Below are positions 18,589 through 26,939 of a DNA stretch of 64,000 bases, piece after piece; position 1 is the stretch's first letter, and each line of letters starts with the position of its first letter. The stretch comes from a virus (taxonomy: Duplodnaviria > Heunggongvirae > Uroviricota > Caudoviricetes), in IMG/VR virus record IMGVR_UViG_3300047480_000504; one strand, 5' to 3'. The notes under the pieces are model-generated. The model was not told where the DNA came from and did not search any database. It was given only the letters and a program-made list of their open reading frames with translations. The translations under genes were made by a program, and so were the position numbers.

Positions 18589-19056
18589 ATGATATTCAAT
18601 AATTTAGGATTTTTAGTCCGGCCGCCAGTACGCAGAAGAGGTTACCCTGTTCGCAGATACCGTCCAATCATTCAGCAATTTGGTGGTAGTGGTCAAGACT
18701 TCTTTATCAACGGAGGCATGGGACCTCCGGGACCTCCTGGGCCACCGGGCCCGCCAGGGCCTCCGGGCAATCCTAGTCCAGTGGCTGTCACTACTGTTAC
18801 AACAACACCATACAATGTGTTGTTTACAGATTATATGTTAGCAGTTGATGTTGGTACGCCTGCTAGCATCGTATTACCAATTTCACCCATTGGGACAGTA
18901 TTTGTGGTCAAGGACATTGACGGCGATGCTGCCACAAACCCAATTACTGTAGCAGGTTTAGGATCAACCATCGATGGTTCGCCTACTGCTACAATCAATA
19001 CCAACTATGGTAGTTTGACTTTTATATTCAACGGAACAGAATGGAGCATAGTATAA
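18589..19056 (+). CDS. collagen-like repeat protein with C-terminal knob domain
   Basis: RBS AAGGAACTATATG. G-P-P x5 collagen triplets (GPPGPPGPPGPPGPPGNP) are followed by a beta-rich domain shared with 19340..19744 and 19749..20213. Confidence 0.55.
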   Translation: MIFNNLGFLVRPPVRRRGYPVRRYRPIIQQFGGSGQDFFINGGMGPPGPPGPPGPPGPPGNPSPVAVTTVTTTPYNVLFTDYMLAVDVGTPASIVLPISPIGTVFVVKDIDGDAATNPITVAGLGSTIDGSPTATINTNYGSLTFIFNGTEWSIV

Positions 19057-19283
19057 TGGCCTACATAAGACAAAATGTTTATCCCGACGGAGACTTGATC
19101 CCAAGCAATTTACCTGACAGTTATATGCCAGCCGCATATGGGGCACCAGCAGGGCAGAACTGCTTTACATGTGCCCACTTTAGATTGACTACTTCAGAAC
19201 GTCACTGCACTAAGTGGGATGCTCCTGTAAAACCTAAATGGTGGTGCCGGGCATGGACTACTATTTGGCCAACAAAGATATAG
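19056..19283 (+). CDS. small Cys/Trp-rich protein
   Basis: TAATG overlap with the upstream gene. Contains CFTCAHF ... HCTKW ... WWCRAW. Confidence 0.35.
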   Translation: MAYIRQNVYPDGDLIPSNLPDSYMPAAYGAPAGQNCFTCAHFRLTTSERHCTKWDAPVKPKWWCRAWTTIWPTKI

Positions 19284-19339
19284 GCCATTGGTAATAGTGT
19301 AAAGATTACGCTAACCAAAATTATTTAAAGGAGACTTAA

Positions 19340-19744
19340 ATGTCATATACAAATAACCCAACATCAATACTCGCTGGAGCAGGTATTACAGTTACACCAA
19401 CAACAGGCACTGGTGCTAACATTGTTACTATTAGTTCTAGCGGTGTTAGTCCAGTTGCCGTTCGTGTTGCAGTTGCTACACCTATTGCAGTCAGTGCAAC
19501 AACTGACGAAGTAATCAGTGTACAAGTACCAGGGCCAGTTGCTGTAGCGGTAAACTTGCCAGCAGGTGTTGCAGGACAAGTTTTTACTATCAAAGACGGC
19601 TTGGGTCTTGCTACTGTATTAACACCAATTACCATCAACCCAGCTGGTGCTGACACTATTGACGGCGCAGCCAGTGCTACAATCAACGCTCCATTTGGTT
19701 CATTGACATTAGTCTTTGATGGCGCACAGTGGATCTTAGTCTAA
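19340..19744 (+). CDS. fibrous/structural protein, knob-domain paralog
   Basis: RBS AAAGGAGACTTAAATG. C-terminal VFTIKDGLG...ITINPAGADTIDGAASATINAPFGSLTLVFDGAQWILV is colinear with the C-terminus of 18589..19056. Confidence 0.5.
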   Translation: MSYTNNPTSILAGAGITVTPTTGTGANIVTISSSGVSPVAVRVAVATPIAVSATTDEVISVQVPGPVAVAVNLPAGVAGQVFTIKDGLGLATVLTPITINPAGADTIDGAASATINAPFGSLTLVFDGAQWILV

Positions 19745-19748
19745 TACT

Positions 19749-20213
19749 ATGGCTTATACCAGACCGCCTGTTCAGCCAGGACGAGCACTAAGAAGAAATC
19801 CGCCTATACCAGCTGAAACTACGGCTGGTGTACTTGATTTTAAACTTGACGCTGATATTGCTACTACTGAATACCTGGGTGTAGTGCAGGTTGGCAGTGG
19901 ATTGTCTATTACACCTGCAGGTGTATTGTCTGCTACCAACAGCGGGAATGATTTTATCAATGTAAAGCTCACCAGCACAGACTACACTGCAACTGCCACT
20001 GATTACTATATTGGTGCTACTAAAAAGGACATAGAAATAACTTTGCCGTTGGGACAACTAGGTAAAGTTTATGTTGTTAAAAATCAAGTCTCAGGCAATA
20101 TCAAAGTCAAAACTTCAGGTAGCCAAAAGATAGATACTTCTTCAGATAAAACACTAGGCACCGATGTCAGTGTTATAGTTGTATTTGACGGTACACGATG
20201 GAACGTCATTTAA
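19749..20213 (+). CDS. fibrous/structural protein, knob-domain paralog
   Basis: C-terminal VYVVKNQVSGNIKV...IDTSSDKTLGTDVSVIVVFDGTRWNVI is the same domain. Confidence 0.5.
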   Translation: MAYTRPPVQPGRALRRNPPIPAETTAGVLDFKLDADIATTEYLGVVQVGSGLSITPAGVLSATNSGNDFINVKLTSTDYTATATDYYIGATKKDIEITLPLGQLGKVYVVKNQVSGNIKVKTSGSQKIDTSSDKTLGTDVSVIVVFDGTRWNVI

Positions 20214-20225
20214 TAAGGAAAAATC

Positions 20226-20873
20226 ATGTATAAAAAAATTACACATACGATCGTTGAAGAGCACTTCGATCACCCAATGGGAGTTGGTATTGCGGCTAAC
20301 GTAGGTAAGCCAAAATTTGCTCGTAGTACCCTTGCTGAAATTATGCCAAGCAGTCAGTTTAAAGCGTTTGTAGACAACTACTGCATGGAGCTCGAGGACA
20401 AACTGGTCAATTTGGCAAATGCAACATTTGACCAAACTTTAGATTTCCAAGCGGCAATTGCCAATGCAATGGATTATGAAGTGCTAGGCAATACTCTTGG
20501 CAAGTACTATGACATCGAATTCCAAGAACGTTTTAATCAACAAATTGGAAATCTAATTATGCAGTTCTTGTTCTATTGGAGAAATTCTATTCGCAAGTTT
20601 GATAACAAATCAACAGCCGATAGAATTAAACAAAATAATTGGGCTCTTTCGCAAGTTGCAAATCAGTACAACAACTACTGGGACAGAGATATTCTAAGAT
20701 TGTTGTTAGATGACTTTTCTAACGAATTGATCAATTTGGGCAACGCTAAGTTAGCTAAAAACAAAGCCAACGAAACTGCCGCATTAGACAAACTTGCAGC
20801 CGCTGGTTCAAAATTATCAAACTATATGTCCAATGGCGTGCTTCAACAGTTTCCTGAATTGTTTACTGCCTGA
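20226..20873 (+). CDS. hypothetical protein
   Basis: RBS AAGGAAAAATCATG. Confidence 0.45.
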   Translation: MYKKITHTIVEEHFDHPMGVGIAANVGKPKFARSTLAEIMPSSQFKAFVDNYCMELEDKLVNLANATFDQTLDFQAAIANAMDYEVLGNTLGKYYDIEFQERFNQQIGNLIMQFLFYWRNSIRKFDNKSTADRIKQNNWALSQVANQYNNYWDRDILRLLLDDFSNELINLGNAKLAKNKANETAALDKLAAAGSKLSNYMSNGVLQQFPELFTA

Positions 20874-21547
20874 TGCCCACAAGGCAAGTTGATCTAAGAG
20901 AATGGGCCAGTCCCGTTGAGGAGCAATGGCAACTGGGTAGTTGCACTGCACAGGCAGTAGTTGGTGCTTACGAACTGCTGACTCGCATGCACTACCCAGA
21001 TCAGTTAGTTGATCTAAGCAGATTGTTTTTGTACTACAATGCTCGACGACTCACCGGAGATATCGATGAGGACATAGGTGCTTATATTTCAACTGCCATT
21101 GACGCAGTCAAAACCTACGGCCTGTGCCGCGAAGATTTATGGCCTTACGATCCTGACAAGTTTGATGTAGAGCCCGGGTATATTTGCTATCGTGATGCTC
21201 GAAAGAGAACAATAAACAAAGTGTATGAAATAACTTCACATGAAGAAATTGTCGATATGCTTGATCGTCGGCACCCTGTAGTAGTCGGTGTTGCAGTATA
21301 TTCAGACTTTAACCGAATCAACAACCAATCCACAATATTAAAGATGCCCACTGCAACCGAAGAGCCCATTGGAAGCCATGCCATGTGCATAGTTGGGTAC
21401 GATGATTCAAAACAACAGTTCCTACTACGAAATAGTTTTGGGGACGATTGGGGCGAAGGCGGGTACTTTTGGATTCCGTACGAGTACGCAGATGCAAATT
21501 TTTCAGATATGTGGACGTTTGATGTACTGCTAAAAAGTAGCATTTAG
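20873..21547 (+). CDS. papain-like cysteine peptidase (C1 family)
   Basis: QWQLGSCTAQAVVGAYE (Gln oxyanion plus catalytic Cys), GSHAMCIVGYDD (His) and NSFGDDWGEGGYFWI (Asn-Ser-Trp). Confidence 0.65.
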   Translation: MPTRQVDLREWASPVEEQWQLGSCTAQAVVGAYELLTRMHYPDQLVDLSRLFLYYNARRLTGDIDEDIGAYISTAIDAVKTYGLCREDLWPYDPDKFDVEPGYICYRDARKRTINKVYEITSHEEIVDMLDRRHPVVVGVAVYSDFNRINNQSTILKMPTATEEPIGSHAMCIVGYDDSKQQFLLRNSFGDDWGEGGYFWIPYEYADANFSDMWTFDVLLKSSI

Positions 21548-21616
21548 TATTACCTTTTTGTTGCAAAAATACAACACTTTTTCACCACTTTTTTGAAGAT
21601 TTTTACCAAAAAAAGG

Positions 21617-21645
21617 TTGACCATTTGGCCCCGGACCTGTATAAT
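21617..21645 (+). promoter_or_regulatory. sigma70-type promoter (perfect consensus)
   Basis: TTGACC at 21617-21622, a 17-nt spacer, and TATAAT at 21640-21645. Confidence 0.6.
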
Positions 21646-21677
21646 ATACACATAGCAAAGCAAAACAGGAGTTGATT

Positions 21678-21953
21678 ATGGATATGATAGAAGCAACCAA
21701 ACTTATTCAAGAACAAGCAACTGCAAACGGCCGGCCGTTTGCTGAAGAACTGATTTATATTTCCGAGACTCTGAAAGCACCATCTGACATTTACGATGCG
21801 TTCATTGTGTACCAAAATGTTGTAAACATTTATTTTAGTTATGGTGCTAGAAAAGCACGAATCGAGCAGTTTGCCCGCGATTTCAAGTGGTTGTCCCAGG
21901 ATTTCAAAGATCAAATGTACAATGACACCTTCGTAGACGCCAAGACTTATTAA
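21678..21953 (+). CDS. hypothetical protein
   Basis: RBS ACAGGAGTTGATTATG. Confidence 0.4.
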   Translation: MDMIEATKLIQEQATANGRPFAEELIYISETLKAPSDIYDAFIVYQNVVNIYFSYGARKARIEQFARDFKWLSQDFKDQMYNDTFVDAKTY

Positions 21954-22012
21954 TTGACTGAAATTGGTTTTGGTAGTATAATAACACATACAGCAACAAA
22001 CAGGAGCCGAAG

Positions 22013-22297
22013 ATGAAACAAGATCACACCATGTACATCTACAAAGCAGACAAGCGTACCAAAAGCGGTGAGCGTCTTGTTAGCACTACAGTTTGGCGCA
22101 ATCGTGATGCGGCAGAAATGAAACGTGAAGTTCGTGAACTGCAATACGAGCTGTATCCTACACGCCTGGGCTTTCGCATTGAATTCTTTCCTACAATGAA
22201 AACTGTTAAGAACTTGATGACCGGCAAAGACGTGCAAATTGACCGTGACACTCCGTGGGCTTGCAACCCTGCTAGCGAAACTTACTGGAGCATGTAA
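22013..22297 (+). CDS. hypothetical protein
   Basis: RBS CAGGAGCCGAAGATG. Confidence 0.4.
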   Translation: MKQDHTMYIYKADKRTKSGERLVSTTVWRNRDAAEMKREVRELQYELYPTRLGFRIEFFPTMKTVKNLMTGKDVQIDRDTPWACNPASETYWSM

Positions 22298-22299
22298 TT

Positions 22300-22530
22300 G
22301 TGAACGAACGATTTAAAGAATTTGAACTAGAGGCCATTGCCTATGCTGACAGTAAAGTGCCAGCCAACGACCGATATAACGACATTTACCACAGTATCGT
22401 CCGTGGTAAGTTCGCCGAGTTGATTGTTCGGGAATGTGTTACTATTTGTAATGATACAAACGATGCCAGTTATTTGAACGGTGTGATTGCTGGTAGAAAG
22501 ATTAAACAACATTTCGGAGTTGAAGAATGA
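22300..22530 (+). CDS. hypothetical protein
   Basis: GTG start immediately after the upstream stop. Confidence 0.35.
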   Translation: MNERFKEFELEAIAYADSKVPANDRYNDIYHSIVRGKFAELIVRECVTICNDTNDASYLNGVIAGRKIKQHFGVEE

Positions 22531-22703
22531 TACGAATAATTTTCTTTTGGTTGATACTATTTGCCCTGTTCTTTTTTGGCATAAAATTTCTTAGAAGTTT
22601 GTCCGGAAGTGAAGCCTGGGCATTGACAAAGCTGGTAAGCTATGCTATACTATGTTCACTGCTAACAACAGCATTTTTGGTTCTTATTGTAATTCTTTTT
22701 TAA
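22527..22703 (+). CDS. small two-TM membrane protein (58 aa)
   Basis: ATGA overlap with the upstream gene. Two hydrophobic segments (IFFWLILFALFFFGI and LCSLLTTAFLVLIVILF). It contains the promoter for the next gene. Confidence 0.3.
   Translation: MIRIIFFWLILFALFFFGIKFLRSLSGSEAWALTKLVSYAILCSLLTTAFLVLIVILF
22623..22651 (+). promoter_or_regulatory. sigma70-type promoter
   Basis: TTGACA at 22623-22628, a 17-nt spacer, and TATACT at 22646-22651. Confidence 0.55.
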
Positions 22704-22712
22704 AGGTGTATC

Positions 22713-23507
22713 ATGAAACGTGTTTTGACTCTCTCTATTCTGGCCGCGGCAGTTCTTGCTACTGGTTGTACTCGTATTGAAACTGGTGAAGTTGGCGTTC
22801 GCGTCGGCTTTGACAAACAAGTTCAAAGCGGCGAACTGCTTCCGGGTTCTTTCAATCAAACCTTGGTTGGTAGTGTGCTGACATTCCCTATTAAGGATGT
22901 CAACGTGACCTTGGATAACATGACTCCAGTGGCCAGTGACAACTCCACCATGAAAGACTTTGATGCTGTGGTTGTTTACAACATCAATCCGCAAAGCGTT
23001 GCTGAACTGTACTCAACCAAGAACAAGAGCTTTCACGCTGAGTTCAAAGGCGACACTTATGTGATGTACAACTACATTGTTCAAACTGCACGTAACGCTA
23101 TCTACAAAGCCGCACGCAAGCACGAAGCCTTGGACATGGCTGACAAGCGCAGTGAAATGGAAAAGGCTATCCAAGACGAGATTGTTCGTAACTTGGCAGA
23201 AGAAAAACTGGATGGTAGTATTGTTATCAGTCAAGTGATGATTCGTAACGTTGTACCTAGCGACACAGTAGTTGAAAGTGCCAACGCCTTGGTTCGTAGC
23301 AAAAACGAACTCAAGCAGAAAGAAGTTGAAGTCAAGACTGCTGAAGCTGAATCGCGTCGTATGGCAGCTCTGGCCAACAACTCGGGTAGCTCAATTGCAT
23401 TCATGCAAGCACAGGCCATGTTGAACATCTCAGAAGGTATCAAAGCTGGCAAGGTGCAGACCATTGTTGTGCCCTCTAACTTCAACGCACTCATGATGCC
23501 CAAGTAA
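22713..23507 (+). CDS. SPFH/band-7 domain lipoprotein
   Basis: Signal peptide plus lipobox LATGC. RIETGEVGVRVGFDKQ ... FPIKDVNVTLDN ... VVVYNI resembles the HflC/QmcA core. Confidence 0.55.
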   Translation: MKRVLTLSILAAAVLATGCTRIETGEVGVRVGFDKQVQSGELLPGSFNQTLVGSVLTFPIKDVNVTLDNMTPVASDNSTMKDFDAVVVYNINPQSVAELYSTKNKSFHAEFKGDTYVMYNYIVQTARNAIYKAARKHEALDMADKRSEMEKAIQDEIVRNLAEEKLDGSIVISQVMIRNVVPSDTVVESANALVRSKNELKQKEVEVKTAEAESRRMAALANNSGSSIAFMQAQAMLNISEGIKAGKVQTIVVPSNFNALMMPK

Positions 23508-23508
23508 T

Positions 23509-23772
23509 ATGAAACAGCGCGGATTTACCCTTATTGAATTGATGATTGTTGTTGTAATGGTAGGCATTGTGGCAACACTAATTGCAGGTGTTGCAGGCTT
23601 TGCTTCAGGCAACAGTTCAGTTAGTTACGGAGTCAATGGCATGACTGAAAGTCGTTGTATCGAAAACTACAAGTTCATCATCGATCAAAAGGGTAATAGC
23701 CGCCAAATCCTTGACGAGTTCGGTAAAGGTGTACGTTGCGAACGAGCAAGTGTGCCCGGAGGTATGCAATGA
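23509..23772 (+). CDS. type IV pilin / pseudopilin-like protein
   Basis: Class-III prepilin signal MKQRGFTLIELMIVVVMVGIVATLIAG (G at -1, F at +1, E at +5). Confidence 0.5.
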   Translation: MKQRGFTLIELMIVVVMVGIVATLIAGVAGFASGNSSVSYGVNGMTESRCIENYKFIIDQKGNSRQILDEFGKGVRCERASVPGGMQ

Positions 23773-24035
23773 CCGTGGTTAAGAAGCCTATCAAAAGTGT
23801 GACACCAACTGAGCTACACTATGACTTAATGGGACGAGAGTTCAAAGAAGGCCAGTATGTAGCAGTTGCCGACAATGGTTTATACATTGCTCAAGTTCTT
23901 CGCTTTACTCCCAAGATGGTGGAAGTAGAAAAGGTTGGAGGCAAGTACCGAAGCAAGCGACTCAAGTATGCTAGCGACATGGTTATCCTGGATGGCCCTG
24001 ATGTGTTTATGTGGGTGCTGACCAATGGACTTTAA
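23769..24035 (+). CDS. hypothetical protein
   Basis: ATGA overlap with the upstream gene. Confidence 0.4.
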   Translation: MTVVKKPIKSVTPTELHYDLMGREFKEGQYVAVADNGLYIAQVLRFTPKMVEVEKVGGKYRSKRLKYASDMVILDGPDVFMWVLTNGL

Positions 24036-24276
24036 AACCATGACCAAAGAAGAAGCATATGACTTCTTGGTTCGTGCTGGTATTGTTCGCCCCAAGGAGC
24101 GAGCATTAGAAGGTCAAGAGAAAGAGGAGATGATGCTTATACTAAAGCTTCTGACTCCCACCGACAGTTCAAACAATCAGCGTTTCTGGACTGACCATTA
24201 CCAATACGGCGACAACAAGTATTCAGTGACATATTTTGATGAAAATGAATATGAAATCACTGAAATCAAACCCTAA
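24025..24276 (+). CDS. hypothetical protein
   Basis: ORF present, but the start is uncertain (24025 or 24040). Confidence 0.35.
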   Translation: MDFKTMTKEEAYDFLVRAGIVRPKERALEGQEKEEMMLILKLLTPTDSSNNQRFWTDHYQYGDNKYSVTYFDENEYEITEIKP

Positions 24277-24308
24277 CTCATAATTACATATAGTTTTAAG
24301 GAAACCAC

Positions 24309-24509
24309 ATGGCAGACATTATCGATGACGCACAAGAAGCAATGGAAGCTCAGGAAGAGCTTCGCAGAGCAACAGCAAAAGAATTCAAGCCTATTCGAAC
24401 AGGCTTTTGTATTGAGTGTGAAGAACCAACAGAGTTCACATTCTGTTGCGTTGACTGTAGAGACACTCATGAAAAACGTGAGCGAATGAAAAGTATCAAC
24501 GGAAAATAA
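24309..24509 (+). CDS. C4 zinc-finger protein (TraR/DksA-like)
   Basis: CIEC ... 10 residues ... CCVDC. Confidence 0.45.
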   Translation: MADIIDDAQEAMEAQEELRRATAKEFKPIRTGFCIECEEPTEFTFCCVDCRDTHEKRERMKSINGK

Positions 24510-24545
24510 TCAAGATGGGTAGTTACCGTATCAGCTAAATATCTG

Positions 24546-25769
24546 ATGCGTTTACGTGAACTATTATCAGAAGTTAAAATCGACAATCACAAAGGTGCTG
24601 GTGCAGTTCCTTATAACCAAGACGTAGACTACTTTGGCCTACAGGTTATGATGAAGCCCAGCACATTCCTACGACTGGCTGCACCGCTGGGTCAAGAGCA
24701 CAGTGCCGAACTAGAAAAATACATTGCCGACGGTGGTGCAATTGGTGCTCCGTTTTTAGAAATTAAAATCCCGCCAGAATGGGATGACGGTGACTTCTCT
24801 AAGCCTGCACAAGTTGCAGGTCACGAAGGTCGCAATCGTATGACAGCTATTCAAAAGCTGGAAGGTGATACACCTATTGAAGTGCATATCTTCCCTCGTG
24901 GTGGATACCGTGCTCGAGACATTACTCCAGAGTTTAGGTCTGCAATTGCTCGTGGCTTACAAGCTGAAAAGGCTACAAACATTATTGCAGGTCCGTTATT
25001 TGAAGATGACTTAGAAGAAGGTTGGCGAGATACACTTACTAACCTGGCCATTGCAGGTGGTGTTGCCGCAGGTGGCATGGGCGGTATGATGGCCAAGCAA
25101 GGAGCCGAAAACTACTTCAAAGAGCCCACTGCCGTAGTTGCACAGGCCCCACAATCTAAGCAAGCAGAAGCACCAAAGACATTTGCACAAGCCAAGTCAG
25201 CTCCAAGTGCGCCAGCCGCTGTCAAAGCCGAACCAAAAGCTGCCGCTAAAAAGATTGATGTTAAACCAATTACTGGAAATCCTCTTGAAAGCGTATTGTT
25301 ACAAGTTGCAAAATCATCTGGCCTACAAGGTACAGAACTTGCGGCATTTATGGCCCAGTGTGCTCACGAAACCCTGGACTTCAAGCGTCTAACAGAATTT
25401 GGTGGCAGCTTGGACTTCCGCAAATATGATCCAAAATATGCTCCAGGAAAAGCCAAGGCTCTGGGCAACAAGCATGTAGGCGATGGTGCAAGATATAAGG
25501 GTCGTGGATTCATTCAAATTACAGGACGTTGGAATTACAAGCAGGCCGGACAAGAATTAGGCTTACCACTGGAAAAACATCCCGAGCTACTTGAAAAGCC
25601 AGAAATTGCTGCCAAGGTATCAGTTTGGTTCTGGAAGCATCGTGTGCAACCAAACGTAGATAACTTTAAAGATACTACCAGTGTTACAAAACAAGTGAAC
25701 CCGGGCCTGCGTGGACTAGAACAGCGTAAGGATAACTTTGCTGATTACATGCAAGTTGCCATGAGATAA
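24546..25769 (+). CDS. two-domain protein: N-terminal domain with MRLRELL leader, Ala/Pro linker, C-terminal GH19 lysozyme-like domain
   Basis: C-terminal region MAQCAHETLDF ... YKGRGFIQITGRWNY ... VWFW matches the GH19 (chitinase-like phage lysin) catalytic region. The linker is AAVKAEPKAAAKK. Confidence 0.65.
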   Translation: MRLRELLSEVKIDNHKGAGAVPYNQDVDYFGLQVMMKPSTFLRLAAPLGQEHSAELEKYIADGGAIGAPFLEIKIPPEWDDGDFSKPAQVAGHEGRNRMTAIQKLEGDTPIEVHIFPRGGYRARDITPEFRSAIARGLQAEKATNIIAGPLFEDDLEEGWRDTLTNLAIAGGVAAGGMGGMMAKQGAENYFKEPTAVVAQAPQSKQAEAPKTFAQAKSAPSAPAAVKAEPKAAAKKIDVKPITGNPLESVLLQVAKSSGLQGTELAAFMAQCAHETLDFKRLTEFGGSLDFRKYDPKYAPGKAKALGNKHVGDGARYKGRGFIQITGRWNYKQAGQELGLPLEKHPELLEKPEIAAKVSVWFWKHRVQPNVDNFKDTTSVTKQVNPGLRGLEQRKDNFADYMQVAMR

Positions 25770-25826
25770 TGTCTTTTTGAACTGCCACAAGTTCAGCCAA
25801 AAAACTAAATATAATACACGGTTTAG

Positions 25827-26123
25827 ATGATTCTAGCCATTAATAAAGGAAAAGAAATGTTATCATTTTTAAAGAAGCTATTTGGATTTGGCCCTGCGCC
25901 AGTTGCAGAAGCACCATACAAAGTAGAAGCTCCAGCACCAGTTATCGTAACTGATGCAACTGAGTCTGTAGCAGTTCCAGTTGCGGCAGCTGATGAAGCT
26001 CCTATCGAAATTGTTCCAGTTGCAGAAGCAGTTGCCCCAGTAGTTGCAGCCAAGAAGCCACGTGCTAAAAAGCCGGCCGCTGAAAAGAAGCCACGTGCTA
26101 AAAAAGCTCCTAAGGCCAAATAA
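25827..26123 (+). CDS. histone H1/AlgP-like basic-tail protein
   Basis: Ala/Pro/Val-rich, ending KKPRAKKPAAEKKPRAKKAPKAK. Confidence 0.4.
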   Translation: MILAINKGKEMLSFLKKLFGFGPAPVAEAPYKVEAPAPVIVTDATESVAVPVAAADEAPIEIVPVAEAVAPVVAAKKPRAKKPAAEKKPRAKKAPKAK

Positions 26124-26938
26124 TGTTCTTGTCTGATATTACTCCACGAGTTACTGTATATGAATCCCTGCGTCAAGTAAACGGACGTTGGGCCCGTGTT
26201 AACACGGAAACAAATACAGTCGTGGAGTTTTATCACGGTGACAACACTGTTATCGTTGAAGGCGGTAATGTTTTCAAGAGTGCAGAAGGCGAAGAACTAA
26301 CACAGCGTATTAACCAAGCTGATGTAGAACCAACTATCCGCTTTCTTGAAAAAATTACAGGCATTCCACACTTTGAACATGCACTAGGTACTACTGGCAA
26401 GACTCCAACAAGCGGAGACTTAGATATTGGTATGCCGCCTGGTGTTACCAAAGAGGAATTGGTTGCCAAGCTAAGTGCCTGGTGTTCACAGCATGGCGAA
26501 GATTCAAAAGCATTTATTAGAAAGTCTGGTATTAGCGTACACTTTAAAACACCAATTGGTGGTAGTCCCGAGCGTGGTTATGTACAAACTGACTTTATGT
26601 TTGTTCCTAACCTAGACTTTGCAAAATTTGCAATGGCTGCTGATCCACACAGCAAGTACCGCGGTGCCCACAAACAAATTCTACTAAGTAGCATTGCTAA
26701 AGTAAAAGGCTTTACATGGAATCCAACCACTGGTTTAATTGATCGTGCAACAAAGAAGTTAGTTGACAACGGCGACGACCCAGATTACATTGCTACACTG
26801 CTATTTGGTCATGGCTTTGATCGTACTAGTTTAACCAGTGTAGAAGCAGTTCTTAAAGCACTAGAAAATAATCCTGAGCGTGAAGCGTTATTAGCAGATG
26901 CTAGAGAAACTTTAGGCCGCGAAGGAGTTGAAATTTAA
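26123..26938 (+). CDS. hypothetical protein
   Basis: ATAATG overlap with the upstream gene. Confidence 0.45.
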   Translation: MFLSDITPRVTVYESLRQVNGRWARVNTETNTVVEFYHGDNTVIVEGGNVFKSAEGEELTQRINQADVEPTIRFLEKITGIPHFEHALGTTGKTPTSGDLDIGMPPGVTKEELVAKLSAWCSQHGEDSKAFIRKSGISVHFKTPIGGSPERGYVQTDFMFVPNLDFAKFAMAADPHSKYRGAHKQILLSSIAKVKGFTWNPTTGLIDRATKKLVDNGDDPDYIATLLFGHGFDRTSLTSVEAVLKALENNPEREALLADARETLGREGVEI

Positions 26939-26939
26939 A

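Noticed and set aside
18712-18780. The GGACCTCCGGGACCTCCTGGGCCACCGGGCCCGCCAGGGCCTCCGGGC periodic repeat, considered as a possible CRISPR or other DNA-level repeat array.
   Set aside because: The 9-nt period sits in frame within a collagen-like Gly-Pro-Pro coding tract and has no spacers. It is a coding repeat, not a CRISPR array.
25138-25392. A +2-frame ORF (84 aa, Lys/Pro/Gln-rich) inside the GH19 fusion gene.
   Set aside because: It is an alternative-frame reading of the Ala/Pro/Lys linker of 24546-25769. It has no start context.
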